From the NCBI GenBank assembly GCA_024679065.1, contig JAGIQG010000040.1, positions 3,534,001 through 3,598,000 on the forward strand: DNA of 64,000 nt. Reading direction: 5' to 3'. Position numbers and translations under genes: made by a program. This DNA is from Sphyrna mokarran. Lineage: Eukaryota. This document shows, piece after piece, positions 1 through 14,249 of this stretch; position 1 is the first letter of the stretch, and the number at the start of each line of letters is the position of its first letter. The notes under the pieces are model-generated. The model was not told the DNA's origin and made no database searches. It saw nothing but the letters and a program-made list of their open reading frames with translations.

Positions 1-559
1 GATTAATTCTCCAGTTTTGAAACCTACAATCTCATACTCACATAAGTCCGGCCATATGTTCATCTGGGAAAAACAGGGACGAGATAAGGGTGAATGCCCA
101 ACTTTGTGTTGGTATGGGCTCGAGTTTAAACTCTGAAGAACTCAGGGGTGATTTAATCTGCCTCTTCACATAGAACGGCATTGGAGGCGCTATTTTACAT
201 TGTTGAATACGACCCTACGTGACCACTAGATAAGAATTCTGATCTGTCAATTGTAAATACTTACAGGCATGCTGCTGATCGATGAGGCACTGTTGTGCTG
301 TGGGAACTGGTTTATTAAGGACATTTCCCCTGCTGTGAAGAGTAGCTATTATTTCGTCCACACTTCAGCTCCATTACCACTCTAACATCTGTGTACCACG
401 CTGTAATAATCATTAAATGTGCCCTGTTCAGATTCCAGTTCCTGTTTTAGTTTTGACTTGAATCTTGATTTAACTTATCTTTTCTCTCACAATTTCAAAG
501 GCGAAATATTGTTCAGTCTCTGGGGCTTGTTTTCCTGCCCATCATTCAATTTTCCTCTT

Positions 560-860
560 CTTTGCTTCTGACAGAGCTGCGAGAATAATCTGTGAATGGG
601 AATGGACATGTCATATGCACTGTTTGGAAAATTTCCACATCCAGAGAAGTTGACGGAAACTTTGAACTTAATTGCCATGGATAACAATGCCTTTACCCTG
701 ACATGAGGCTCCAAGTCTTGTTCAAGTAGGCAGAACAGATCAATGGCCATAGATTTGTTGAATCAGCATCGCTTGATGTCCTGGTCTTTGGTAACGTGAA
801 AGTTGGCAAAAGCTGAGATTGATTTCCTCTCCATCTGCGCTTTGCAGAGCTTCTCCCCTG
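560..860 (-). mobile_element. Degraded Harbinger/PIF (HARBI1-like) transposase fragment
   Basis: Minus-strand translation LFCLLEQDLEPHVRVKALLSMAIKFKVSVNFSGCGNFPNSAYDM resembles the Harbinger N-terminal HTH region (ELC.LL..DL.P..R...AL.VA.KV..ALNF..SG.FQ..AGD). The surrounding frame is broken. Confidence 0.45.
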
Positions 861-1059
861 CAGCGCTTGTTCTGTTTGTTGGTCATGTTGAATCCCGAGA
901 TCTACTGAATTTGCATTTCAGATATGTTACCGAGAACTGAGTCAAAATATCCTCTAACAGGAACGCATGAATGCAACAGCTCACAGCACAACATCCAGAA
1001 AGCCATACGCAGCAGCTTCATTAACTTTCTCGCAACATAACGGGATCGATAAGCAAAAG

Positions 1060-3100
1060 GTTAAGTAACCGTTTGCTGGAATATGGGGAATGGAGACGGC
1101 AATCAGAATTATTTGGTCGGATGGAGCCATGGAGGAATTTAACTGCAAGCATGAGAATAATAAAAAGGAATTTCTGCCTAAAGGAAACAATTGTAGGCCA
1201 GAGAGCAGAGGAATAATGGTGAGCACAAATTGTGGGTTAAGGTGCAGACAGTTTTTGTTGACCTGCCATTCATGAACATGTGGAACTGGAGTAATATGGG
1301 TAGGATAACATTAAAATGGGTCAAATCAGATCAGTCAAGATAGTCATTTGGAGGATGTCACAGAATGTTTCTGCGATAGTTTGTTTCAACAGTATGCAAT
1401 GGAACCTACGAGGGAGCAAGCTATCCTAAATCTGGTCCTATGCAATGAGCCAGGAATAGTTAAGGATTTTACAGTTAGTGTTTTTCTCGGCAGAAGCGAT
1501 CACAGTATTGTTGAATTTAAAATACAGATACAAAGTAAAATCCAGTAACTTGTACTTAAACAAAGGAGTCTACGTTGGGATGAGGGAAGAGTTGGTGAAG
1601 GTAGCCTAAGAGCAAAAACTTTAATGTAGGATAGTTGAGAAACAGTGGAGAATCTTAAAAGCGATTTTTCATAGTGCAAACATTTATACTAGTGATAAGG
1701 AGGGACAAGAGGAAATAGATAACCAGCCATGAATTTCTAAGGGAATAAAGGAGGGTGTCAGATTGAAAGAAAATGCATACAAATTGGCAAAGATTAGTGG
1801 AAAACTAGAGAATTAGGATTTCTTTAAAGATCAACAGAAAGCCAGGAAAAAATACTACAAAGCAAAGTAAGATGGATAATGAGAGTAAACTAGCCCCGAA
1901 TGTCAAAAGAGACAGCAGACATTTCTACAAATATCTAAACGAAAAAAAAGTGGCCAGAGTAAACATCGGTCCTTCAGGGTATGAGAAGGGAGATGTAATA
2001 ATTGGAAACGAGGGAATGGCTGAGGCAATGCAACAGTACTTTGTGCTCGCCTTCACAGTGGAAGACAAAAGTAACATGAAAATAATTGACGACACGAAGG
2101 TTATGGCAGGTGAATGTAGGGAAACTACCATTATCACTAAAGAGGTAGCGTTGTACAAGCCAATGGGGCTAAAATTAAACAAATCTCCTGGCCCTGATGG
2201 GATGCATCCCATGTACTAAAAGTGATGCAGGGGAAATAGCAAATGCACTAGTGGTAATTTACCAAAATTTGCTGGGGTCTGGGGTGGTTCCAGCAGAAAA
2301 TAGCATATGTGATGCCACGGTTTAAAGAAGGAGGCAGACAAAAGACAGATAAGTATAGGCTGGTTGGCTTAACTTTTGCAGCTTAACTTTTGCAGGAAAA
2401 GTATTTCATCTATCATCATGGAGGAAATAGCGAGACATCTGAATATCAATTGTCCTACTGGGAAGACATAGTATGGGTCCATGAAGGACAGGACATGTCT
2501 GACTACTTTGGTAGAATTCTTTGAGAACACTATGTGCACATTAGACAATGGGGAACCTATGGATATGGTGTATTTTTAGAAGGCGTTTGACAAGATGTCG
2601 CACCAAAGGCTGCTGGATGAGATAAAGGCTGATTCCAGAGTTCAGAGGATTGGCATATGAGGAGGAAATGAGTAGACTGGGGCTATACTCATTGGATTTC
2701 AGAAGACTGAGGGAAGATCTTAGAGAAGCATGTAAGGTTATGAAGGGAACAAATAAGATAGAAGCAGAAAAGTTGTTTCCACTGGCAAGTGAAACTAGAA
2801 CTAGGGGAAATGGCTTCAAAATAAAAGGGAGCAGGTTTAGGACTGAGTTGAGGAGGAACTTCTTCACCCAAAGGGTTGTGAATCTGTGGAACTCCCTGTC
2901 CAGTGAAGCAGCTGATGCTGTCTCAATTTTGAGGCAAGGATAGATAACCTTTTCAACAGTAAAGGAAATAAGGGTTTTAATGAGTGAGAGGGTTAGTGGA
3001 GCTGAGTCCACGGAAGACCAGCCCTGATCTGGCTGAATGGCAGAACAGGCTCGAAGAGACAGATAGCCTACTCCTGCTCTTAGTTCTTATGTTGTTATGA
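1060..3100 (+). mobile_element. Degraded, internally deleted CR1 LINE ORF2 fragment
   Basis: ORF pieces PTREQAILNLVLCNEP, KSPGPDGMHP and RLGLYSLDFRRLR...RNFFTQRVVNLWNSL, followed by a CR1-type 3' end. Confidence 0.9.
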
Positions 3101-3240
3101 TCTCATTACTGAATTGGCATATAACAATCATGATGACTGAGTCTGAAGAGAATGGCTTCAATTTTTCTCAAAATATACGTGAAAAGAACAAAAATAATTC
3201 AACATTGTTTATAGAATAACTAATTCATAAGGAAACTTAC

Positions 3241-3463
3241 CGGGGACACCAACAATTGCCAAAATGGGATAGTAACCTGCTTGAATAACGATAACTATAT
3301 TTTCGATCCACAATGCTAATGTTAATGGCAAATAATCCTGAGTAAGCATGAAAACTGCCATGGAAAAACTCCGATCCACTGTTGTAACATTGCAACCGAC
3401 TGTTCTCAGATTCTGATCCATTGTTGTAACATTGCAATCCATTGTTGTCAGATTCATCTCCAT
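3241..3463 (-). CDS. Exon 1 of a GPR139-like class A GPCR; exon 2 not found, presumably left of the window
   Basis: MEMNLTT...YYPILAIVGVP followed by a phase-1 G|GTAAG donor at 3240. The TM1 motif and splice position match the intact paralogue at 11124-11190. Confidence 0.8.
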
Positions 3464-3989
3464 TTCAATCTGTTGCTCTCGGTTTCTGATCTCTTCTGCT
3501 CTTCTCCATGAAGCTGCGGGTTTTTTTTAATGTTGGAGGTGAATGATCCGTTCACGCTATTGTGCTGAAAGATGTCCCTTACCAATAGAAATGGGAGCAC
3601 CCCTTGTGCCACATGTAGGTTCCATTGAGACTGACATTAGTTGCATTCACTTAACAAACAAGTTCTGTTAACTCCTCTCAATCCAAAACTTATCTATATA
3701 ATAATATCATAGAAGCTATATGCTATCTGAATAGCACACAGAAGGCTAATTGTTGGAGTAATGGAAATAATGGTGGAAGGCATTCCATAATCACTCCATC
3801 CTCAATGAATATGGGAATGGAATCAAAGGAATGAAGGTTGAAAATGCTCGAACTTGCTTTAAAAAGTAAAAGAAGATAAAACCACAAACTGAAAATTTAA
3901 CAGCGCAACATTAGTCATGAAGAAATCACGAGAGGCCACAACATTAGACAGAAATATTTGCTTCTTGGTTTAAATCCGAGACATCCTAA

Positions 3990-4810
3990 TCCACAACTAT
4001 AGTCAGTAAGGGTCGGCAAAAAATACCACCTCAAGTATTATCTTTAACACTGGTGCTCCATAAGGAGGCTGTGTCTCAGCCCCTTACTATACTTCTTGTA
4101 TACCTTTACACAAATTCCACATCCAACTCAATTTTCAGATGTACTTATAACACCCCCTTTGTAGATCTGATCTCAAACAATGATAAGACACAGTACAGGA
4201 AAGTGATAGAGAATCTGGTGAACTGCTGTGATGATAGTAGTCTCTCCCTCAATGTCAACAAAACGAAGAAGATAGTCATTGACTTCAGGAAGCGTGTTGG
4301 AGGGGATGCCCCTGTATAATCAGTGGGGACGAACTGATTGTTGAGAACTTCAAGTTTTTTCGGTATCCAGATCAACAATAACCTGCCCTGTTCCCTGCAT
4401 GTTAAAGTTATGATAAGAAATCTCACCAACGCCTCTACTTTCTGAGCAGAGTCAGGAAATTTGGCACGTCCGCTACAACTCTCAGCAACTTCTACAAGTG
4501 CGCCACAGAAAACATTCTTTCTGGCTTTATCCCTAGTTGGTATGGCTCCTGCTCTGTCCAAGGCAGCAAGAAAATACAGAGAGTCGTGAATGAAGCCCAG
4601 TCCATCACTGAAACAAGACTTCCATCGTCTGCACGTTCCACTGCTACAGAAAAAACAGTCAGCATAATGAAGGATTTCTCACACACTGAACATACTCTCA
4701 TCCATCTTTTTCCTCGGGAAAAAGATGCAAAAGTCTGAGATTGCATACCAACAGCTCAAAAACAGCTTCTTTCCGATTGTCTTGAGACTTTTGAATGGAC
4801 CTTCCTCGCA
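3990..4810 (+). mobile_element. L2/Rex-type LINE RT 3' fragment
   Basis: LSLNVNKTKKIVIDFRK motif and a downstream QRLYFL/LSNFYKCATENIL-like sequence, with frameshifts. Confidence 0.75.
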
Positions 4811-5559
4811 TTAAGTTGTTACTTCTCGACATCCAAGTTATGACCGTAGCAATACATCCTGCACTCTCTACTTTCATCCCCCATGTACAAATCAAATTAA
4901 ATCAAAAGCATAAACGAGCAAAAATGTATACGATAATGGAAAAAGTATTTGATAAACTCAATGTAGTTCATTATCTAAGTAACAAAGGACATTGGAATAT
5001 GAAGGTGCTGGTTTGTTGTGAATGACGTTTGATCAAGTCTCATTTTATGAAGTTATTCGGAAGCTTGGCCACGTGTAATAAAGGGTTGGCAACAGTGCGA
5101 CTTTTCTAGTGGATTACAATCAAAAAGCAGTGAAAGATCGTGAACGATAGTTATTCAGTCTGCAGCAATGTTACCTGGAGTCAATATTAGGTTTCTTACT
5201 TGTTATGGTGCAGAAAAGTAACTCCAACTTCTAGAAAAGAGATAATTTCAACACTTTGAGATATGGAATTCAGAGTGGGAAACACTGAGGACAATATTAG
5301 ATATTGTCTAATAATGACAATATTAAAATTCAGAAGGATATATGCAGATTCTGGAAACATATAACAATAGAAAATATGAGCAGAAGAGTGCATTCGGCTC
5401 TTAGAGGTTGCTGCGACATTCATAATGATAAAGGCTGATCATGCAGCTCAGTAGACTGATCTTGCCTTCCTCATATCTCTTGGTTATGAAGAGACAGGAG
5501 ACAAACAGAACTTAATGCAGAGATGTGTGAAAGACAGATTTGGGATAAGGACATGTTAC

Positions 5560-6515
5560 ACCATTAATATTAATGATTTGGATGAGAATATAGGAGGCAT
5601 GGTTAGTAAGTTTCAGATGACATCAAGATTAGTGGCTGAGTGGACAGTGAAGAAAATTATCTCCAATTGCAACGGGATCTTGATCAATTGGGCCAGTGAG
5701 CTGACGAATGGCAGACGGAGTTTAATTTAGACAAAGGCAAGATAATGCATTTTGGTAAATTGAACCTGGGCAGGATTTACTCAGTTAATGGTAGGGCGTT
5801 GGGGAGAGTGGCAGAACAAAGAGATCTGCGTACATGTTCATAGATCCATGAAAGTGGAGTCACAGGTTGACAGACTGGTGAAGAAGGCATTTGGAATGCC
5901 TGGTTTCATCGGTCAGACATTGAAAACACGAATTGGGACGTCTTGTTGAAGATGTACAAGATATTGATAAGGCCACATCTGGAATACTATATGCAATTCT
6001 GGTCACTTTATTACAGAAATATATTGTTGAACTAGGAAGAGTGCGGAAAAGATTTACGAGGGTGCTACATGAACTTGATGGATTGAGTTATAAAGAGAGG
6101 CTGGATAGACTGGGACTTTTTTCTTTGGAGCGTAAGAAGCTAAGTGGTGATTTATAAAGGTCTGTAAAATAATGAATGATGCAGATCAGCTGGATAGTCA
6201 ATAGCTTTTCCCAAAGGTAAGGGAGTCCTAAACTAGCGGGCATAGGTTTAAGGTGAGAGGAGAGCGATACAAAAATGTCCAGAGGGGCATTTTTTTCATA
6301 CAGAACTTGGTGCGTGTCTGCAACAAGCTGCAAGAAGTCATAGCAGATGTGAGTACAATTTTGTGCTGTAAAAAGCATTTAGATAGTTACATGAGTATAG
6401 AGGGATATGGGCCAAATGTGGGCAATTGGGATTAGCTTAGGGGTTTAAAAAAAGGGCGGCAGGGACAAGTTGAGCCGAAGGGCCTGTTTCCATATTGTAA
6501 ATCTCTATGACTCTA
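5560..6515 (+). mobile_element. 5'-truncated CR1 LINE
   Basis: INDLDE..SKF and LDRLGLFSLERKKLSGDL, followed by a CR1 3' tail. Confidence 0.9.
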
Positions 6516-8613
6516 TCAATGACTTTAATCAGGCCATGCAATATGAACTAAAAGCGACTGTTATAAAAGTGTGCCACAACAGAATGAAGTCAGGCACGCA
6601 CGGTTATCAGTGGGATGAGAAGATTATAAAATTGTTCATAATCTGCAGAGGATGTCTGTTTATAATTTGAGACATAACACAAAAGTAAGGAAGTTATGTT
6701 AAAGGAAGTTAAACGCCATTAGTTAGAATTCAACTGAGGAATTGTGTCGCATTCTGGTCGGTACGTCTAAGAATGGATATGGGGCTCTTAGAGAGTTTGA
6801 CAAAGAATGGAATGCTGTCAGGAAATGACAGACTTCAGTTGGAAGTCTGACGAAACCAGGTTTAAGTCCAACCGATTTATTTTATAGTAAACTCATAAAC
6901 TTTTGAGATTTCCATCTTCAGCAGGTGAATGAAGAGTTCATGACGAAACACCGGATGAAGAGAGAAACCTCGAAAGCTTGTGAGTTTACTATCAAATAAA
7001 TCGGTTGGACTTAAACTGGTAGTGTCAGACTTCTTACTGTGTTTACCCCAGTCCAATGCCGTCATCTCCACATCAGGATTTCAGTTGCACAGAGAGATTA
7101 GAGAAAGAGTAATTGTTCTCCTTTAATCCATGATGGTGAATGGGGAATTTAATTCAAATTAACATTGAACTTTGAGAGAGTAAGGCAAAACTGTTTCCAC
7201 TGGAGAAGGAACAATTCCAAGGTTTACAATAATTGGTAAAATATCCTGAATGGAAATAAATAGGACGTTGTTAAACTATATTACTTAAATATGGGACATG
7301 TCGCTGAAGGTACACTGGAAATCTTCAAAACGAAATTGCATAAACTGATGGAGCTTGGGGGATGGGATCTTCAGAGCTGTAGACAAAGAAGAGACGCCAA
7401 GAACAAAATCCAATATTTCTTTCAAAGACAGTAATGGCATGATGGACAATCGATTCCATCCAGGCTGCACAATTCTGTAATTATAGAATCACTGAGTGTA
7501 TATCTCATATTGATATTCAGCAGCTTTGTTTTTAAACCAGAGATTAAGTGTTACTTCTACACTTCTGTTCAGAAAGATAACCTCTTGCAATCGTAAATAT
7601 CTTTGCAATCAATTTTTTTTCAAAATTCACATACAATCACACAGTCCGTTTCTTCACTTGCCAGAGCGGCAGAAATGCTGTTCATAAACTGAACTTCCAT
7701 TACTAAAGTTATATTACAATCCAAAGATATTTTCTGTATTGTCAGTCTGTATCATTGTGAATACTCAGCACGAATTGCAACTTCCCACATCGCCCAGATG
7801 TATATCTTTAGCGTCAAACTGAAGAAGCAACACGATATTTAGTGGGCTGAAGAAAACTAGCATTTGCTTTTTCTCCTTTTCCCACAAAACACCTCAGCGC
7901 TTCCTGGAGTGTTTTTGTTGGTTCCCGAGCAAATGATACATGTGGCTATCTGTGCAGAGCAACACCATACATTATTTCTGCAAATAGGCTGACGGCAAAG
8001 TTTGGTTATTTGCATAAGAATAGCAAGAACCCTCGGACAGTAAATGTTCAGAAAACGGATATATTTTTTGGATAGTGGGAGCATGCCCCTCTCCCTTCAT
8101 CATTCTATTATAGAATGATATCATTCAGCACATTGTGGCTAGGTGGTCTCTTTTGCAGTGTTAACAATTTATTATATTCCATTGTGCCCACACGACTGCC
8201 TTACTAATGTTTCCTTGGTTTTAGCTGTCCAATTCATTGCTCATATTTTCTATTAAATCTTCTTCCACCAGTCCTTCAGAGTACATTCTATATGACCACA
8301 GGTCACATTGTAAAACAGATGCCTGCTCAAATTGCCGCTGGTTCTTTCGCAAATGCCATTCCTTTATATGAATTTCTATATATGAATAAATAATCATATA
8401 TTCTCATAGAATCACAACAGGCTGTTCTGTATATCGAGTCGCACGGACCACAATCTCACTTGTCCTATTCCCATAAAACCACACGCTCGCTCTGCTAATC
8501 CACTATCAAATTAGCATGGTCAAAAAACATAACCTACACACATTTGGAAAGGAAACGGGAGCGCCTGGATGAAACACACGTAGACACGGGGAGAACGTGC
8601 AAGCATGCAAAAA

Positions 8614-9205
8614 AATTGGGACGTCTTGTTGAAGTTTACAGGACATTGGTAAGGCCACATTTGGAATACTGCGTGCAGTTCTGGTCACCCTATTGTAGAA
8701 AGGATAGTATTAAACTAGAAAGAGCGCAGAAAAAATTATTAGGATGCTTCTGGGACTTGATGGTTTGGGTTATAAGGAGAGGCTGGATAGACTGGGATTT
8801 TTTTCTCTGGAGTGTACGAGGCTGAGGGGTGATCTTATGGAGATCTATAAAATAATGAGGAGCTCAGATCAGCTAGATCGTCAATATCTTTTCCCAGAAG
8901 TAGGGGAGTCTAAAACAAGAGGGCATAGGTTTAAAGTGAGAGGGGAGAGATACAAAAATGTCCAGAGGTTTTATTTTTACACAGAGGTTGGTGAATGTCG
9001 GGAACAAGTTGCCAGAGGTAGTAGTAAAGGCAGATACAATTTTGTCCTTTAAAAAACATTTAGACAGTTACATGGGTAAATGGGTACAGAGCGGTTTGGG
9101 CCAAATGTGGGCAGTTGGGAATAGCTTACGGGTTTTTAAAAGGGCAGCACGGACAAGTTGGGCCGAAGGGCTGTTTCCATGCTGTAAATCTTTATGGCTC
9201 TATGA
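8614..9205 (+). mobile_element. 5'-truncated CR1 LINE inserted in a SINE
   Basis: [18 protein letters not shown] and RLGFFSLECTRLRGDL. Same subfamily as 5560-6515. Confidence 0.9.
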
Positions 9206-11123
9206 ACACGCACAGACAGTAATTTGCTTTTATTACTGAGTACAATTGATTGAGATTATCCGAAGAGAGGTGAAAACGGTGCATTGATGAATGGGCAGAA
9301 ATCATTGCTCCCTTAGATATTTGCAAGCGGATTACTTTTAAATTTTGATGTTCGGGATAAGTCGCGCAATCAGATTGAAAATAACGATTGTCTCCCTGAA
9401 TTAAGTGATATGGGCTTTCAGTCTAACCATCACAAACTGCAGCAACACAGCGCAGTTGAACATTGCAGACAGGCAGATTTCCTCCACTGTTCTTCAAACA
9501 TTCGTTCAGGCCAAGTCGAGTTTAATTAACTTGTTTGAATTTGATGCTGAGTGACAGAGCTGGTTTGTGAGGGTATTTCTCTTAATGGGGGTCCAAACGT
9601 CATGTGATACTGGCTGCACCGCAGCCTTGTGATTAACTATGGAGATCAGAAAATAAAATGGATAGGGACAACATGGATAGAAAATTGCCAAAGTGCCGGG
9701 AAACAATTCGTAGCTGATTTTCTTTCGGACTGGAACAAACCTTGCAGTCATGATGCCACGAATAGGTTATATGAACCCTAGTTTTCACGATACAGTAATG
9801 ACCGAGAGCTTGATAGGGAAGCCAGACTTTCAAAACTTGTGAATGATCCAAACTTGGAAACATTGCCAATTATCAGCAGGTCATGCAGAACTTTAGAACG
9901 CGAAGAAAAAGTGGTTGATGGAATGGACGAGTAATTTGGATATTTAACTTACTGCAGAGAAAAGTTACATGATTAGTTTTGTTAGGGAGAATTTGAAGAG
10001 ACAAATGGAAATGATGAAAATGCTATAAACGTGAATATAGACGCCGAGGAACGTGAGTGAATATGTGCATAAATCATTCATAGTGCAAGGCAGGTTGAGA
10101 CAGCAGTAAATAAAAAAAGTGAATAGTCTTTGTCTATTGGGGAAAAGAATACAGAAGCAAGGAAGTTGTGCTAAATTTGTAGAAAACACTTGGAAAATAG
10201 TCAACCGAAAAATTGGGAATGTAAGGCAGAATGTAAAATCAATAGGCTGGATGCAGAGGAAAACACGAGAACAATTTCAGAAATCAGGAAGTTCAGTGAC
10301 GAAAATATTTTGGAGAGGTTCTAAGTCAGGCAGCATGGTCGGTGCAGGCTTTGAAGGCTCAAGGACCTGTTCCTGTGCCGTAATTTTCTTTGTTCTTCGT
10401 AATATCTCAACCCGTTCCTCTCCTAATATAAGTTGGTGTATCGAATGTGGGGTCAGTATCAGCTGGAACCTATGCATTAGTTGTCACAGTTAAACCTATT
10501 ACACTGTTCTAAGAAATGATGTGTTTGTAACTGCTTCATGCTCTGAATTTTCTGAGATGTCACAATGTTTCTAAACATTTTCTCAGTTTGATTAGCTGCT
10601 TTAGATTCAGAGGTAAAATCACTTTCTTTGTATGTTAAGGAGCTCCAGATAAACAGAATTTTGAAATTCATGCTCACCCATAACCCACTTAAACCACATA
10701 ACTGAATGTCCACAGTTAAAAACCACACGGGGATAGACACGTATCAATTGAAACTTAAATAATGAAGTGTCACAGTCCAGTGACAGGTACTATCCAAAGA
10801 ACCTAAGATCTGCAGGTGGACTGATGATATTGAGTGGATATCCTCTTTTCTGTTAATATTAGTTGATAAGCGTGATCCGTAGAATCTACTGTTTGGAAAG
10901 ACGTAACTCAGTCCAAAAAATAAATATTTTCCATGACTGAATTCGATGTCGTAATCTGTTTGTTCATATATTTGAAAAAAAAAACTTCAATTTATGTGCG
11001 ACCTCAATGTCCCTGAGGTGATTCTACAGTGAATAAATTAAAGCCTTTGGAAATACGTGACCTTATCTTTTAGGACAAAGAGACTGTCAGAAACACGAAG
11101 GAATACATCATTTTACAGTGAAA

Positions 11124-11190
11124 ATGCCGTATCCAACTGACCTTGCTGAGAAAATATTCTACCCAATCATTGCCATTATCGGTGTTCCAG
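11124..11190 (+). CDS. GPR139-like GPCR, exon 1
   Basis: ATG...MPYPTDLAEKIFYPIIAIIGVP with a phase-1 G|GTAAGT donor that joins exon 2 in frame. Confidence 0.85.
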
Positions 11191-13489
11191 GTAAGTGACT
11201 ATAACCATTGATATTGCGTAAATCTATATGTCAGTGTCTCATTGATTTCAAAATCTGACTGAGAAAGTTTCATGCCAATCTCATGCTCAGTGTGTCGGAC
11301 CGCAGATGAAAGATCTATTTAGTTTAAATCAAATGGCTTGAAACATACCAATGGTTTTAATTATTTTCATCAACTGAGAAGTCTCTGCTTTTAATTCACA
11401 AGCTCAGAGATCAATTACCAGTGAGTGGAATCCTTGATTTTGTCAGACTGGAGCTCAGTTAAAGCGATCACTCTGAAATAACGTTTAGTGGCAATAGGAA
11501 TAAAATCAATGTTTGAGTGTGGATCACTAACCAGAGTGAAATATCTGGCACCAGTGAACAAATATTGTAGGATGCATCTGTCAGTATCGAAATGTATCGA
11601 TTGTAAGTATTCTGGCATTATCTGTCCATGTAGAATCAGATTGTTTTTGGAAAAGATCTGGAATAAAACAAGTTGCTTCTATTCTGAATTACATTTTTTA
11701 TAAACTGGTGAGTGAGATATCCAGTTCCTGGAACTATCTTGGTCTTTCAGTTTTGCAATAGTTTGGAAACAGAAGGAGATTAGTGTTGGTTTAATTGTGT
11801 TTGTTCTTCAGTCTACGACGTGAAATTGCCCAACAGCTCGGTTTTCTAATGAACAGAAATAGGCATCAGCTAGTTCCTGCCATTTAAACAACCTAGCAAC
11901 CAAAGTGCAGTATTCTGTGGTTTTTTGATTTTTTTTTTGATTATTCCACGTCTCGAATGAACTTTGAAAAAAAAAGATCAAGAATTACCCACGATTACTG
12001 ATCACGTCACAGATTAACGAGATACAAAGTGGAATAAACTTAAGGTTCTAGAATTAATAAAGAATTTGCTTATGGGGGTAAAGATTAAACACATTTACTT
12101 GATGTGATTGTGTACAAATGAAATATTCCCCCAGAACTCAGTGAATGTCTGGGGTTGGTCATCTCTAAAGTTTCATTGTAAATTGATGGATAGGTTATTG
12201 TGGTAACAGCGGCTATTCGATTACTGTGGTAACAACAGCTGTTAAAAATATGTGACTAGAGAAATATGTGACTCCTTTCGAGTCAACATAATTTCATCCC
12301 ATTTTATGCATCAATCGACTTGGCAGTCCTTGCTGGTTTAGTATATCCTTCAATCAAGTTAAATGTTCTACTGCTCTACCTATCCACGGAGTTAACAAAA
12401 ATGGGTCTCGCTACGTTGCTGTAAAACAATACGAACAATTGGACTGTTTCATTCCATAAATCCCCATTGAAAGTGTTATACGGAAAACAAACATCTTCAA
12501 TCACCAGTGCGGTCACCATCACGGAATGATCTGCATGTAATATCCTCAAGGAACTGTTGGAAGAGGCAATGCCTTTTAACAGCACTGTCTCAATATTGGA
12601 GTTTTTGATCACACTTTCCAGAAATATGTCACCAAGGACATGAGTAGTGACTGCATGCAGAGACCTCTCAAGTCCTGTATCATAAGAACATAAGAAATAG
12701 GAGCAGGAGTAGGCCATACAGCCCCTCGAGCCTGCCCCGCCATTCAATAAGATCGTGGCTGATCTGTAGTGGTTTCTTACCACTTTTCTGCTTTCTTCCC
12801 ATAACCCTTAATTCCCTTGTCAATTAAAAACCTATCCACTCTTGACTTGAACATATTCAGTGAGGAAGCCTCCACCACTTTATCAGGCAGAGAATTCCAA
12901 AGATTCACCACCCTCTGCGTGAATAAACCCCTCTGCAACTCTGATCAGAACCCCCTAATCTTGAGGCTGTGCCCTCTAGTCCTGCTCATTTGCCCTCCAA
13001 ACTAGCTCCACGATGCTTAGCGACCTTTCCACGGACTTAACCTATCCACCCTTTCCTATCCCCCTCCCACATTCTGTAACAATAACCCTTCCTCAGCCCA
13101 CTCCCTCCTTACTCTCTCCTCAGTCTCTTTCTTCCTCTCTCTCAGAAGCTATATCTCTCAGATACAGAGAGTCAGAGAGAAAGACAGAATTAAAGCGAGC
13201 AAGCTGAGAATCTACCATTGTAAATTGAATTCAAATCCGCCCCCCCACCCGTGAATTTCATTTCACTGTCACATTTACCGTTTTGCCTCAGGTACAAGCG
13301 TTATTTCACAATTATATCAATTTCAAGTTAACGAACTTCAATTCTGGGCCATCAAGAATTATTTACAGTTATGAGATTATTTTCTAATGTGACCCTACTG
13401 TCGTTAATTTAGAAGATTTTGCAGAGAACCTGTGCACAGGAAGATGGAATCTGGGATTCCTGATTTCCAAGACGCAATCAAACAATAAT

Positions 13490-13560
13490 AAATAAGTAAA
13501 TAAATAAATGCATACATACATAATAAATAAGTGAATAAATAAATAAACAAACTAATATAT
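13490..13560. repeat. (TAAA)n microsatellite
   Basis: Imperfect TAAA tandem repeats. Confidence 0.8.
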
Positions 13561-14249
13561 AAATTGAGAGACTAACAAATAGGCAGATTAATAGATGGAG
13601 AGTTGGATGAATGGATGCTTGACGGCTGATTTTAAATTTTCTCCCAAATGAATAGAGGCAGCTTGTTCTCAGTTTGAATATGGTAGTTTATTTGTTTCTG
13701 TGAATGATGGAATATTTATCTGGATTCAGAATACATGTTCCGTTCAGGAGCTGGTGGGGAGAATTATCCCAAAGTGAGGCTGGGGAAATGCCCTCTGTGC
13801 ATGTGGTCACGATACTGTCCATGGGATGTACTGCAGTTAAAAGCCACAGTAAGAAAGATGGAGAGAGAAGCGAGAAAGATTTTGGAAGGAGATAAATAGA
13901 ATTGGGGTGCAGCGAGGGAGCAAGAGGAATGCTGACGAAAGATAGATAAGGTGTAGGAGTCAGAATGCGAGTGAAGGATGGGAAGAGAATAGGTCTGAAA
14001 GAAATCTGGAGGTAGTGGAAATAGCTGGTAAAAAAAGGAAAAAGATGATGAGAGAGAGATAAGGGAAGTAAAGAGTGGGACGTAGAGAGAAAGAGAGAGA
14101 AGAATGGAAAGAAGGACAGACAGAGCAAGAAATCTGGAAAAATGGAGGGGGCGACGGTAGTGGGTAGGGGATGGTCGGGGAAGGGGGTGTGACGATAGAA
14201 TGGGGAAGAAATTTGGAGAGAGGAAGTTAAATAGAGTAATCCTGAAGTA

